The notes under the pieces are model-generated. The model had not been told where the DNA came from. It did not search any database and saw only the letters and a program-made list of their open reading frames with translations. The position numbers were made by a program, and so were the translations under genes. DNA of 42,617 nucleotides from Octopus sinensis (taxonomy: Eukaryota), in assembly GCF_006345805.1 (NCBI RefSeq), contig NW_021835098.1, positions 1-42,617 of the forward strand. The letters run 5' to 3'. Positions 11,351 to 23,616 of this stretch are shown in pieces. How positions within the stretch are numbered: the first letter of the stretch is position 1; the number at the start of each line of letters is the position of its first letter.

Positions 11351-11470
11351 GAAGGCGCGTGGCTTACTGGTTATGGTTGTTGCGCTAATAACTGACAGGC
11401 TGTGCGTTCGACTCCCGGACCGGAAGGTAGGTTGTACTCATGAGTAAGACGCATCACTTTATGTTCCACG
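11351..11470 (+). mobile_element. Decayed 5' part of the 420-674 SINE family
   Basis: GAAGGCGCGTGGCTTACTGGTTA...GTTCGACTCCCGGACCGG. Confidence 0.6.
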
Positions 11471-12694
11471 AGCGGAAACTGGGGGTTAACCTTACGATGT
11501 TCTGGCGTCCATTTCAAAAAAGAGTTTTGTACTTTCAGTCGTACTTTCACCTCAGGTACCAGAAGAAACTCGGGTTTAATTTGCTTATAGGTACCTCAAC
11601 CTCAATGTAAAGGGCCATAGATAAGTACAACTGGGCATTTTTATCTGACGTTCTACCTATCCTGCCTGTCAAAAACCCAACGCTTCGCATGGAATATATT
11701 ACTATTTCAAAATTCGACCCAGGGTCAGTAGTTTTGAGGAGATGGGTTGGGCGATTACTTCGACTCCAGTATTTGGCACATACATATCTCTTTATCGGCC
11801 CACGTAGGTATGAAACAAAACGTCGTCCTCTGTAGTATTCGAACTCAGTATAAAGACTATCGATCCTAGCTGTCGAACGCTCTGTATCATATACGTCATC
11901 GCTTCCTAAGATACGAAGAAATCAACAATGTCAGAGATGGAACTGTAATCGATTAAACATTTTTTTAATCACCCTCAGTATTTCACAGGTACCATGGCAT
12001 TTGATTTATCACCTTTACAAAAAGAAGGGTGAAGATTGAAGTCGTTCCTGGCGGGATTTGAACGTAATGCACGTGTGTAGCACGAGGAATGTTGCTCGAA
12101 GTTCTGAAAATGTCGACTTCTCTCAACCCTTTTAAGGAAAGGAAATATTTGGGACAGACATAAAATATAAATAATTTAATGGCCATGAATGAATAAACAC
12201 AAATTATAACATAATATGTATACATACATCTATATATGTGTGTGTGTATAGACACGCACACAAAGTTATAATCTGTATACATATAATATATATATACATA
12301 TATATATATAATAATAAATATTAGGGAATAAATCCAAATTTACAGGGAAAAAATCAGATTTAGGATTAAATCGATTTTATAGTAAAATATTATAAAATAT
12401 TATTCGAGACAAAACCACTATTTTGCAAAACAAACAAGGAAAGACTTAATCAATACATAAATTTTAAAGGCATATATACATAGATACATATATACGTATA
12501 TTTGCATGTATGTATATACATATATGTGCGTGTGTGTATGTGCGTGTGTGCGTGCGTGTATGTATGTATGTACGTATACATCCCCAAAGATAATACATAT
12601 ATACAGAACATATGTACACATGCGTATAATTATGAAAAGTATATGTACATATGCTATATGTCTATATGAATATATATATGAATATATATATATA

Positions 12695-12725
<31 letters not shown>

Positions 12726-12874
12726 CTATATATGCATATTTATATTTACAGATACATATAAATGTATGCATATGTATATATATATATATATCTATGCTTA
12801 TATATATGTTTATAGATATATACACATATATATATACATATATTTATGTGTGTGTGTATATATACACACACACA

Positions 12875-12943
<69 letters not shown>

Positions 12944-13159
12944 CTCATCCACCATGAATGATTTTCTTGACCTTGCCGTCACAATCATTAAACAGTTCGT
13001 TCCAGCCAAATCAGAAAATCATTATTGCTCTCTTTCTTTCCTTCTTCCTTTCTTTCTCTTCTTCTTTCTTTCTCTACTTCTTTATCTTCATGTTTTTAGG
13101 GTTTTGTTTTTTTCTTCCAGTTCAATCGATAATCATCCTTGCCTGCCCTTTTCTAATAC

Positions 13160-13725
13160 ACTCAGTGTGTGTGTGTGTGTGTGTGTTTAAGTAAGTGTTA
13201 AGGCTTACAGTATGTGTGTGATTGTATGCGGGTTTGTGTGTGTGTGTGGTTGTGTTGATGCGTAAGACAGTGTATGGTTGTGAGCATGTGTATGGCTACG
13301 GTTGTGGGTGAGTTTAATGGAGTGTGTCTTAGCGTACATAAGTGTGCAGCTATGCGTATAAAAGTCAGTGCGTATAGTGCGTGTGAATGTGTGTGTATGT
13401 ATGAATGTATGTGTGCATCTCTGTATGTTTGTACGTATGTCTGTCTGTCTGTGTGTATGTATACATGTGTATGTATGTATGTATGTATGTATGTATGTAT
13501 GTATGTATGTATGTGCATATATGCGTGTGTGCGACTGCGTGTATGTATGAATGTAAGTATGTTTGCATCTCTGCATGTCTGTGTGTATGAATGTATGTGT
13601 GTGTATGTATGTGTGTATGTATGTGCGGGTGCGTATGTCTGAGAGTGTGTATATGTGTGTGTGCTTGTCCGTGTGTGCATATGCGTTTGTGCGTATGCGT
13701 GTGTGTGTGTGTGTGTGTGTGTGCA
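13160..13725. repeat. (TG)n/(TATG)n compound microsatellite
   Basis: Direct reading. Confidence 0.9.
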
Positions 13726-13987
13726 GGGCGAAAAAGCAAAACCTGTCAAAAGGCCGGTGAACTCTATAGACTCAATGGCCATCCAATATCTAAGAGTGAG
13801 AGACCCTTGGTATTTATTTAGACATTTCTCTCTGGGTCATACGAGCTGACAGCCACCATGTGAGTATATGTAAATGTGTGTGCGCGCGCGCACGTGTATA
13901 CTTTACTTTGATACTTTGATAGGTTTCGGCCATTATTGGCCCAGGCCATGTCTAACTTAATAGCACCACCTGGTGAAGTCTTTCAAG

Positions 13988-16900
13988 TCAGAATTTGGGC
14001 ACTATGGCCCACTCAAGTAGAGAGTTATTGTTTACAGAGACATATCCGGGTGTAGGGGGTTTATCCGGGATTTCTTGAAGGAATCTGTCCAAAGACTTCT
14101 TGAACCCTATAGGGTCAGTTTCTGTTTTAATGTGTTTTGGTGTAATGTTAAAGAGAGCGGGGCCAATTGAGGTGAAATAATTGTGCCGTATTGTTGTTAT
14201 GAGATGAGAGTGCGATTTTTGTTTTGGGCGGATGGCACGGGGCCCAAGCCTTGGATGTACCTTAAAGGTGATGCCAACATCATTTGGGCAATGCTGATGG
14301 AATATTTTCCACATCATGCAGATGATGTAGCGCTCACGACGACGTTGGAGAGAATAGAGTTTTAGCTTTTCTAGTCGACCCCAATAGTCGAGGCCTGTCA
14401 TGCCATCTATCTTTTTTGTGATTGCCCTTTGAGGTGCTTCAACTTTTATGATACCTTGTATTGTGTGGGGAGACCACAGTGGACAACAGTATTCAAGGTG
14501 GGGTCGGGCAAAAGTGGAGAAGAGAAGGATAATGGTGTGGATATCTCTCGACTGGAAAGTTCTGAGAATCCAGGAACACATTCTGCGGGCCATGTCAACT
14601 TTGGTGTTTATATGAGTGGCCCAGCTTACGTTGTTGTCCACAATTACTCCCAAGTCTCTGATGTTGTTGGACGCCGCGAGAGTTTCACCTGAAGGAAGGG
14701 AGTATGGGAGTTTCAGGGCATCCTCTTTTCCAAAGTGGATTAGCTCAATTTATCCTCGTTCAGCAGCATATTGTTTTTTTCTGCCCATTGGATAACAGCC
14801 AGTAGATCTGACTGAAGGCATGTCCGGTCACTCGCCTCATTTATGACCTTCTGTAGCTTGGAGTCATCTGCAAAGATTTTTATGTTGCTGTGCTTGATGA
14901 TGTCATTAATGTCATTAATGTAAATGATGAAAAGAAGTGGGCCCAGCACAGTGCCTTGCGGAACGCCACTACTGACTTTGGCTGGGCTTGATTTTACCCC
15001 TTCAACTACAACATGTTGAGATCTGTCTGTCAGGAAACACTTAATCCATTTCAGTAACTTTCCAGAGACACCAATGTTGGATAGTTTTTTCAATAGGATC
15101 TTGTGATCGACCCTGTCGAAGGCCTTACTGAAATCAAGGTAGATGACATCGGTGTTGGAGCCCTCTCCCAAAGCTCTCAAAATGTCCTCAAAGTGATGCA
15201 GGAGCTGCGTTAGGCAGTCCCTTCCATTACGGAACCCATGTTGGTTGGAGATCAGCCGTCTGTTGCTTTCCAGAAATTGGGTTATTCGAGATCTCACCAC
15301 CCTCTCAAATACCTTGATGATATGAGAGGTGAGTGAGATCGGACGGTAATTCACTGCAAGGGACTTGTTTCCCTTTTTGAAAACTGGGACAACAGACTGG
15401 GACAGAAGGTTTTTTTGGAATATAGCCAGCATCCAGTGAGTTTCTCCACAGATTAGCAAGGGGAGATGCAAGTTGGTGTCGACACACCTTCAGGACACAA
15501 GCAGGGAACCTATCGGGGCCTACTGCTGAATTGTGTTTTATTTCGTTTATCGCCGCTAAGACATCAGGGGCACTAAACGTTATGTCCGATATAGTGTGTT
15601 GGGGTTTGACATCACTGATACAGCCCAGATCGGCCATATCAGGATTGCTGAAAACAGAGCAGTATTGTTTCTGCAGTATCTCGGCCATGGATTTGGCATT
15701 ATCTTGGAGAGTGCCAGTTTCGTCAATTAGAGGGCCTACAGTGGAGACAGTGACCCTGCGTTTCCTCGCAAATGAAAAGAACACTTTGGGGTTGAGTTTG
15801 ATTTTTTCAATGGCCCACTTCTCCTCAGCTGATCTTTGGTTTTGATGAGGGTCTTCATGCATTGTTGGAGGTTATATTTTTTGGATTCAAGCAGTGCGAT
15901 AGCCGTCGAATGTTGTGTTGCTGTGGCAGTACTTTAGTTTGTTAATTTTTTTGTTTGTTCTTTTTATTTTTCTGATAATGGTTTTTCTGTTTTGGGGGAT
16001 TCTGCACTTTTTGTTCACAGGTCTTGGTGGGGAGTGTTTTGCACATATGTCTGTGACGGTGTCTACAAAGATCTGCCAAGATGTTTTATGGTTGGTGGAG
16101 ATGTGTGTATGTGTAAAGGACCAGTCAACATTTGATAGCTCGTTCCTGATTGCATCCCAGTTGGCTTTATGGAGATCCATGTTGTCAAATGGGTGGGCTG
16201 GAGGAAGGTCACTAGGATTAGCTTTCGGCTGGTGGAATTTCATGTTACAGAGAACCATGTCATGGTCTGAAAGAAGGGTTTTTTCCACTGTAACGTTATG
16301 TATAGTGTTAGTGTGGTTACTAAACACTAGGTCCAAAATGTTCTGATGTCTTGTTGGTGCAAGGACAAGTTGGGACAAAAAAACTCATTCGTAAGTCGAA
16401 AAGTGACTCTGCTGCTTCTTTGTCAGCGGTTGAGGCGGGAGTGCTTGGTTTCAAACAGTTTGTAGTCCAGTCAACACAGGGTAGATTGAAGTCTCCCATC
16501 ATGAGTATGTTGCTAGAATGGCACTGTTGAATAAAGCACTTAATGCTGTTGAGGCATTCTTTAAAGCACAGTATGGGTGTTTGGGGCGGCCTATAGAGCC
16601 CAATTACTGTCAGGTCATTGGCTTTGTTGTGCACGGTGACTGATTCACAGTAGCCGTTGGAGAATATACTATTTCCATCTGCCGTAAATGAATCATGCAG
16701 GAAAATGGCAGTTCCACCCTTCCTCCTGCCGATACGATCCGCGCGGATGGTTGTGAAATTCTTCACTCTCACTTCGGCTTCCAAGTGGGAGTTGTCAAGG
16801 TGGGTCTCAGTGAGAATGAAGAAAGGGATGTGGTGTGAATGGTTACCAACCCAGTCTTCAATGAATTGGACCTTCCATTTTTGTGCATTGATGGAAGGGC

Positions 16901-17018
16901 TGACACCTTGTGCATTGAGTAGGAATGTGGAGGTTAGTGTAGTGGCTGGTTTTGACTGTTGCAGGGGGCTTGGATTTTTTGTGTGTGTTAGTGGCAGCAA
17001 TGTGGGGAATTGGTGCAC
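13988..17018 (-). pseudogene. LINE ORF2 (apurinic-like endonuclease + reverse transcriptase), at least 4 frameshifts
   Basis: LTETHL, RADRIGRRKGGTAIF, YRPP, GDFNLP, PTRHQNILDLVFSN (APE); NYRPISLTS, QHGFR, YLDFSKAFD, GVPQGTVLGPLLF, FADD (RT); RPHLEYCCPLWSP, SLQRRR (CR1-group C-terminus). Confidence 0.92.
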
Positions 17019-17485
17019 TGGGGTAATAGCATAGGATGGTGTTGAGTGATGGCTAGAATGTTTTTGTGTATCTCTTTTGCCATGTTCAACATGGCTAAAA
17101 AAGAATTTTCCTGCTTAGGGAGCAGTTTTTGGCTGGAGGTGTGGTTGCACTGTTGGATAGGGTTGTAGTTTCCACTTTTGTTGTTGTTGTTTTTGTGTCT
17201 TCCTGAAAAGACTGGACCAGCATTACTGCAGCATGGTGTGTTTCTATTTTTATTGTTATTCAGGTTTGTGTGTTGGCTTGAGGCCCCGTTTCTATTTGTG
17301 CGTCGGGTCCCTGGAAGATGAGTGAAGGGACAGTCACTCAGTAGACATGTTCTCTCACGTTGGGAATACCGGCAGATTTTGGGACTCCGAGTTGTGTGTG
17401 TTTTGAATTTCGATTTACTATTTGGTGGTGTTGATGTTATTGTGGGATGCGTGCCTTGGCCGGTAGTGCGTCTAGTGCCGGGTAG

Positions 17486-18138
17486 ATGCGTGAAGATGCA
17501 GTCACTATTTGTGCAGAGTCTCTGGCGCAGTGAATAGCGGCATATTTGGGGATTTCTTGTTTGAGCCGTGGGGGGCGCATTCTGCTTCCTATGTTTCTTT
17601 AAGTTTTTGTTACTGCAGTAGTATTGAGGTGGTGATGTGGGGAAGAGGCAGTGGTTTCTTATTTGGTTTTCTGTTGGTATTTTTGGTGATAGAAGACGAT
17701 GGTGGCAGCGGTGGTGATGATGATGATGATTTGTGGTGGTTGCTGTGAGAGCGGTGAAAAGATACTGGCATTTAGTGAATCGTCTAGTAAGCTAGAGTTG
17801 AGGAGTGGCTGTTGTTGTTCTTGTTGCTGTGGCTGTTGTTGTTGTTGTTGTGCCTGACCGATGTCAGGGTCAGCCATTGTGCTGGGAACCAGGAGTGGCT
17901 CATTCTGTTGTTGTTGTTGTTGTGGCTGCTGATTTTCTAGCTGTTGTTGTTCTTGAACTGTGAAAATATGTAGAAGCTTTTCATAATGGCCTCTTATCAG
18001 TTTGAAAGATACTTCGATATGTTTCAACTTGCTACGAATCTGTTTGACGGATCGTGTGTTGACCACTTGTGATGTTTTTTCGGCAATCTCATTCAAACAC
18101 AAGACATTTAGATTTTCTGTTGGGAAAGAGAGAGCCAT
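17486..18138 (-). pseudogene. LINE ORF1 remnant with Gln-rich tract and CCCH zinc finger; 3' extent not resolved
   Basis: Tracked ORF 17659..18138; in another frame 17486-17542 reads CRYSLRQRLCTNSDCIFTH (C-x8-C-x4-C-x3-H). Confidence 0.65.
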
Positions 18139-18623
18139 GTGTTTATTAAAACATCAATTTCGTTATCAGACCAATTTCGTCTGTTGCAGGCCTGCAAGTT
18201 AGTCATGTTTGTTTTTCTTTTGTTTTTTTTCTTTTGATTTTTGAAAATATATATATTCTTTCTTGGGAGTTAAAGAAGTGTATATATATATAAATGTTCT
18301 CTCTTAAGGGTGTGAGTTTTTGATTATTTGGTTGTTTGAGGATATTAAAAGAAAAACAGGTGTATATAACAATTTGTAGTTAAATGAAAACGTACTTACG
18401 GGTTTGTAGGCAAACACGTGGTTACAAATATATATATATTTAAGGTCAGTTAGTTTTGAAGCTGTGTAGCTTGCTACTGACTTGGGAGAGAAACAAATAG
18501 ACGTCCGTCCACTCCAACAGTTAATCCATGTATATGTTCTCTAAGCCTCTGGCCGTCTCTCACTTCTTTCACAACCGCTTCCTATCTCGAAGAATCCAAC
18601 ATATGTCTCACGTCTTATATGTA

Positions 18624-21194
18624 CAGGCATACCTCGACTTAAGTAGTTTCGATTTAAGTTGTTTTCGATTATACGTCGGTTTTCAAAAATAATATATAGA
18701 AAAATAAAAATCAAGCTAAGTCATTTTACTCGACTTTACGTCTGTCCACCACAAATATTGGAATCGTGAAATCACTAGAGAACCGTTAAAAGCACATAAA
18801 ATCAGGTTACTGTACAATAAATAAGAATAAAAGCATACGAGATCATATTAAAATACTTACAGTAAATGTTAAGACACACACCATAAAGTAGTGTAGCTTA
18901 GTGAACGAAATCATGAAATCAGCTGTGTTGTTTTATTTATCGGTCTTTCGGAGCTCATATTGCACTGTAGTTCCAATATCTACCGTTAGGTGTCATTATC
19001 ACTCGTGATTCCCGTGATTGTTTTGAATTCAGATTTGCTTAGGTCAGTTTATCGGCTACTTTCTCATTCTCATTCATTTGTGACTTTATTTTTTGTCCCC
19101 ATGGCTCCGAAGAAAATTCATAGTGAAAGCGCTAAGCGCCATGCTATGACGCTGAAAACTCAACTGGCTCTAATAAAACGCCATGAAAAAGGTGAAAAAG
19201 TGGTAGCAACTGCACGATCTTTTGGGATGAGTCGCACAACTGTATTGACGTTTTTACATAATAAGGACAAGATTCTAGCATATATCAAATCTGGAGCCCC
19301 AGGGATGAAGGACACTGTCATCAATAAGAAAAGAGGCAAAATCTTTGAAGAAATGGGAAGTCTTTCTCTTTCGATTGTTAGGTTGAATCGTTAGCGTGCT
19401 ACTATTAGTCAAGAAACCATTCAAGAAAAAGCGTTGTCTTTCTGAGGACCTGAAGAAAAAATATCCAGGCGAGAAAGATGTAGAGTTCAAGGCAAGTCAA
19501 GGATGGTTCATGAGATTTAAGGAGTGAAGAAGTTATCACTCCATTAAGAATCAAGGTGAAAGTGCATCAGCTGACGAACAAGCAGCAGCGGAATTTCCTA
19601 ATGCATTAAAGAAAATCAGAGAAGAAAACGGGTTTCTTCCCGAACTGATTTTTAATGTAGACAAAACTGGATTGTATTGGAAAAAAATTGCCAGACCGTT
19701 CATTCATTTTCGAGGAGGAGAAAACTATTCCAGGCTACAAGGTCTCAAAAACCGTGTAACCATTATGTTGGGAGGTGATTGTGCAGGAGATTTTAAGTTA
19801 AAGCCATTGCTTGTGTATCATGCACACAACCCCCGTGCCCTGTGGAACATACCCAAGGCATCTCTCCCTGTTATATGGATGGAGAGTTCAAAAGCATGAG
19901 TTACTGTTCTTGTTTTTGAAGATTGGTTCTTCAATAATTTTATCCCAGCAGCAGAGAAGTGCTGTAAGGAGAAGGGGATTCCTTTAAATGTTTTACTTAT
20001 CTTAATGCTCCTGGTCACCCGCAAATCATCGTATAAAATTAGACCCCCAATGTTACCGTCGTATACCTCCCTCCGAACACCACGTCTCTTCTGCAGCCAA
20101 TGGATCGGGGAATAATTGCTATCTTCAAGCGTTACTATATGAAGTGTACGCTGCGGCAAGCAATAGCCGCAACTGATCTTGATCAGAACATAGCAGCGGT
20201 GTGGAATGAGGAACAGAGCACGGCTATGAATGGTGTATGGAAGAAGCTTTGCTCGCAATTCGTGAATGATTTAAAAGGGTTTGATAATGTTGTCATCAAC
20301 AAACGTTGGTGACTTCGAGCAAAGAACTGGAATTGGATTTGGAGGAGGAGGATTTCACAGATTTATTTGAAAAAGACAAGCAGCCCCTGACGAACGAGGA
20401 TTTGATTGAGCTTCACGAGCAACAAAACAAAGAAGAGGAAGTGGAACCTGAGCCACGTCGCTTTACTATTAAGAAAATACAGCAAACATTTGCATATATC
20501 GGAAAAAAGGTCTTTCTATGTTCGAGGATATGGATCTAAATGCTCAACGCTTTTCCAAGATTATGGGGGCTTGTCACGAAGCTTTTGTTCCTTTTAATGT
20601 AATCTTTGAGGAAAAGAAGAAGACAATTCAAGGAACTCTCAACCGGTTTTTTTCAGCGCATCGAACAAAAAGAACAGCCAGAGTCAGCAATTAATGGTGA
20701 CGATCCACAGCCATCTACATCCGCGATATGACCACCAAATTGTATGTACGTATTGGTACATTTAAAATAATTTTGTTTGTTTTTTTGTTTTTTTGTTTTT
20801 TTACTATTGCAAAATAATAATAATTACTGAACTTGTTTTTTAAGCTTAAGAATGGCTTTTATTTTACCATGTCTTATTGCAAACCGCGTTCATAAATAAA
20901 GCATCCGCGACGTACGATAAACACCCCCAAATTGTATTCGTAAATTTAGATTACTTTTTTTTTTTTACTGTACAATATCAAAAATTAAAAATTGTTTGTA
21001 AGCTTAAAATAGCTTTTTATTAATCATGAATTATTGAAAATGCTTTCATAAATAAAGTGCAGAACTGGGAATGGTTATTATCGGTTTAGCTTAGAGACAA
21101 GAAAATTCGGCCTAGCCTAGCCTAAGAGACAAGTTAATTCGACTTAAGTCGTGTCTCCTGAAACCAATTAACGACGTAGGGTGAGGTATGCCTG
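18624..21194 (+). mobile_element. Tigger/pogo-family DNA transposon, full length, decayed
   Basis: TIRs CAGGCATACCTCG (18624) and TGAGGTATGCCTG (ends 21194); TA on the left flank, TG on the right; subterminal TCGACTTAAGT at both ends. Confidence 0.92.
19101..20732 (+). pseudogene. Tigger (CENP-B-like HTH + DDE_1) transposase, disrupted
   Basis: MAPKK...ARSFGMSRTTV (HTH), FKASQGWF, IFNVDKTGLYWK, KLKPLLVY, (D)NAPGH, LPPNTTSLLQPMDRG, C-terminal DDPQPSTS; several stops and frameshifts. Confidence 0.9.
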
Positions 21195-21459
21195 TGTTGT
21201 ATTCTTTTTTTTTTCTTGAAATTCTACACCCAAATTCGTCACCCTCTACTTTATCTTGGGTTTGATCCCATTATGTGGAGTCTTCAGCAAATGCATTATA
21301 CCCCAGCCTCGGGTCTACCCAAGCCTTTTGAAATTTCAAAATTAAGCGGAAACTATGTCGAATCCCATAGGTTAGACCAGAGTTCCACATACTTTACTTA
21401 AGTTCAGGACACTTGTTAAAATTTACGTTATTCCTTCGGCCGTGTGACAGATCTTTCAC

Positions 21460-21577
21460 TTTTTCCTTGTTTCAGTCACTGGACTGCGGCCATGCTGGAG
21501 CATCATCTTGAAAGGTTTTAGTCGAACAAATCGACCTCAGTAATTTCTTAAAGTATGGTACTTATTCTATCGGTCTT
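21460..21577 (-). mobile_element. 3' half of the bipartite SINE
   Basis: Minus strand: AATAAGTACC...GTCGATTTGTTCGACTAA...CCAGCATGGCCGCAGTCCAGTGACTGAAAC. Confidence 0.75.
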
Positions 21578-22670
21578 ATTGCTCTCCAGTGTCACTTACG
21601 CTGTCTTTCGTTATCGTTTGATTCTACGATATGTCGTGAGAGCAATTGTAGTTTTGCAGTTGTTTGTAACTTGTTCTGAGACGATGTATTGATAGTGATC
21701 TCACTACATTCTAGTAAATACACACTATTAAATACACACAAAGCAGTGAAACAGTGTCAGTATCCTGGACGCAGCTATGCGACGAAAATTTTGGCACTTT
21801 ATGGAATACATCTAAGTTTAAAATGAATGTAACAGCTTTCTGTATTATTAAACGATTTGTTAGATTCTTTGAACTTAAGGAAATATTGTTCACGTACAGC
21901 AAGGAGAAATTGTAACCAATATTCTACACAACTACTACTACCACCACCACCACCACCACCACTATCAGGCTCATGTATAATTTACGGCAAATCAAAGTAC
22001 TTTCCAATTTTACTATTTTATAACTTTCAATCTTTCTTATGAACGATTTAAAGTTATTTCGCTGTATATTTATTTCACTCTTTCTTATGAATGTTTCAAA
22101 GTTATTTCAACAATTTTTTTGCGTTTCCCTTTCATTTTTCACACTTTTCCATTTTGTAACTTTCGATCTTTCTTATAAAATGTTTAAAAGTTATTCTGCT
22201 ATTTGTTTACTTATTTATTTGTTATAAAAGTAGTCGTTATTTTAATAATTTGCTTATTTCCATATTTCTTACACATATTTAAGAAAAAAAATATGAGTCA
22301 GAATAAGTGACTTGAGTTAAGTTATTTCCCTTTTCCTTTATTTATTTATATATTTCGATCTTATAAATGTTTAAAAGTTAATTCAATATATTTTTTTCGT
22401 TTTCATCTAATAAATGTTTCATCTTTCTTAGAAATGTTTAACAAAAATTTGCTGGGTAGGTACGCTTACGACATGTAGGCTACATGCTGAGGAAACTTTA
22501 GTTGTTGAGTGCCATCACGTTGTGTGGTGATGTGTGGTTGCCAAGCTAGTACAAAGGCAACCGAAAACAGAGTTGGTGGATAAATTTCCAACTAAATGCA
22601 CTAGATCCCCAAATTCAAGAGATTCTTCAATCAAACATTGATAAGTCCTTGGTTTGCAACAGGGTGCGAT

Positions 22671-22737
22671 GTCTTGGGTATGTTCTCAGGGGACGGGGGT
22701 TGCGTGTATGATACACAAGCAATGGCTTTAACTTAAA
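22671..22737 (-). mobile_element. Isolated 67-bp internal Tigger transposase fragment
   Basis: About 90% match by eye to 19792-19859 (FKLKPLLVYH..NP). Confidence 0.8.
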
Positions 22738-22929
22738 GGAAATGGTCAAAAATACAAATGAGGAGAGTTGGATAAAAATCATCAAATCTTTCCTTGGGTG
22801 AGTGAATCGGTTGTATAATTCGAACAATCTCGCCACACCGAGGCCAGATCGAGTTCTACTGCCTGCAAATATTGTCCAATCATGCGGCAGATGAAATCGT
22901 GCAGCAGGAATTGCCCACAACCGGCAAAC

Positions 22930-23340
22930 AAAGGTGACACTTGTTTACGAATTATGCTTTCAAGGATACTGCGAAATACTCTTTCAGTCCTAAGCCATCA
23001 TGATTTTTGTAGATGTCCTATCTTGACATTTGTTCCAATCTCTTCGAGCCATGGTTTGTGCTTGGGGACCGATACTTCCAACTGTGCCAATCACTATTGG
23101 TATCACATTCACTTCCCTCATTGCCCACAAACTGCGTTTTTTCCACTTCAATCCATCATAGTTGTTCACTTTTTCTTCTTCGTTCTCTTCAATTTTGTTG
23201 TAACCAGGACCTGCTAAGTCAATTATCGGACATGTTTTTTTTTCTTTTCCACTCACTACAACAACCTCAAGTTTTCGATGTTTAATCGCAAAATCACACT
23301 GAATCATTGCATCCTACAGGACTGCAAAATCCTCATTCTC
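22930..23340 (-). mobile_element. Decayed RLE-domain fragment of an R4/Dong-like retroelement (distinct family)
   Basis: ORF 22990..23307: IQCDFAIKHRKLEVVVV...IIDLAGPG...EK...Y..LK....LW.M..V.VIPIVIGTVG, the PD-(D/E)xK RLE region. Confidence 0.7.
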
Positions 23341-23555
23341 AATAACTCTATTATTATTATTATTCTATGTTTGTCTTTTGCTTTACATTTGTACAAGTTG
23401 GCTCCAAGTCTCACCCAGAGACCTCAAGAGACAACAAGTTGGAACTTCATGTTGATGTTATGCCTAGGGTGCCATATATTTGGTTTTGTACATAGTGTTG
23501 TTCTAGAAAATGTTTAAGAAAATTATGTTTGTTTTAAAATTTGAGATTACATATA

Positions 23556-23609
<54 letters not shown>

Positions 23610-23616
<7 letters not shown>

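Larger units (their letters stand above)
9955..12110. mobile_element. Cluster of several decayed tRNA-derived SINE copies
   Basis: Recurrent reverse B-box/core segments (GGATATGAACTTAG about 10085, AAATTCGAACTCAG about 10985, GTATTCGAACTCAG about 11835, GGATTTGAACG about 12055) with AATCGATT/GTCGATTAC core pieces; boundaries approximate. Confidence 0.6.
13901..18520 (-). mobile_element. Near-full-length CR1-group LINE (ORF1 + APE-RT ORF2), frameshifted; 5' boundary approximate
   Basis: APE and RT motifs in tracked ORFs; 3' tail of octamer repeats (ATCAAAGT)2 at 13905-13920; ORF1 upstream of APE. Confidence 0.9.

Noticed and set aside
14183-16346. Plus-strand ORFs over the LINE (e.g. 15915..16346, 15531..15845, 14429..14692)
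   Set aside because: Antisense shadows of LINE ORF2.
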